Shown: one piece after another, positions 63,369-64,000 of the stretch | How the letters are laid out: each line of letters opens with the position of its first letter | How positions within the stretch are numbered: position 1 is the stretch's first letter | Source of the DNA: Mytilus trossulus | Lineage: Eukaryota | Direction of reading: 5' to 3' | DNA: 64,000 bases | Assembly: GCF_036588685.1 (NCBI RefSeq) | Contig: NC_086375.1 | Location: 75,950,001 to 76,014,000 of the forward strand | Program-made: the position numbers and the translations under genes | The notes under the pieces: generated by a model | Databases searched by the model: none | What the model saw: only the letters and a program-made list of their open reading frames with translations | What the model was told of the DNA's origin: nothing

Positions 63369-64000
63369 CAAATTAACATTTCCTTCCTCCAATTTTTCGC
63401 TTTTAAAAGATACCGAAACTTAAGAAAGGAATGGACAGAGACATTTAATGCATGTCTCAGGTGCTGAAAAGTTCATTTCTAAAAAAATATAAGGGAAGTG
63501 TTACCCCCTTCTCTGACAACGTGGTCTCGACCATTGATTGAACCATCTATGACTATATCATTACTTTTTCGCGTTTACTACCGAACTGTCAAACCTGCAT
63601 TGTTTGAAGGAGGCAACCCTGTTATCAAGAGATTCATTATAAGCCCGTATATTACGATTACTCGTCCATCCGTGGCTCTTTTTCAAATGGAGAAGGGAAT
63701 AAGACAAAACGAAAATTTTGTGTAGATATATATGAAATATCGATATTTGTCAACCAATCATCAATATATATTGTTTAAATATTGCTTTAAATTTAATGTA
63801 AACAGAGGATGGCTTGGATTAGGAATAGTATTTAATGCTAAAAAGGCCACAAATGTAAACAGGAAGTTATGTCAGCCAGTAAGGGAGATAATTTGGGAGG
63901 GAAAGACCTAAAAGAAGTATTGTCAAATCTTCAAAAAACAAAAAGAAAATGTACAACACTACCTTTTTGAATGTGACATGTATTCAGATGCCCGAGACAA

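Noticed and set aside
61097-64000. TRAPPC1 first coding exon
   Set aside because: No MTxHNLYxFDR-like coding segment found; probably beyond the window end

Overview
AT-rich eukaryotic genomic DNA, most consistent with a bivalve mollusc such as Mytilus (inferred from the repeat families and gene types). Host genes are all on the minus strand: an intronless Toll-like receptor (25447-27624), an intronless 206-aa orphan membrane-protein ORF (42734-43354), and coding exons 2-4 of TRAPPC1/BET5 (61026-61096, 59777-59915, 47578-47706; exon 1 not found in the window). The most striking structure is a 6.7-kb minisatellite (53066-59809, about 120 units, mostly 57 bp) whose unit is the 3' end of TRAPPC1 exon 3 plus its GTAAGT splice donor. 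This gives about 120 tandem donors, the first 19 in frame and stop-free. Also present: (i) a full-length L1/Tx1-type LINE with target-site duplication (TSD), one 4-bp frameshift and an unexplained third long ORF between ORF1 and ORF2; (ii) hammerhead-ribozyme repeats (retrozyme/Penelope type), including a ~349-nt tandem unit with one fully canonical ribozyme; (iii) relics of Penelope-like elements with an N-terminal GIY-YIG domain; (iv) non-autonomous DNA elements (Academ-, Harbinger-, Kolobok- and P-like, and self-nested Helentron-type). All calls were made by eye with no database search.
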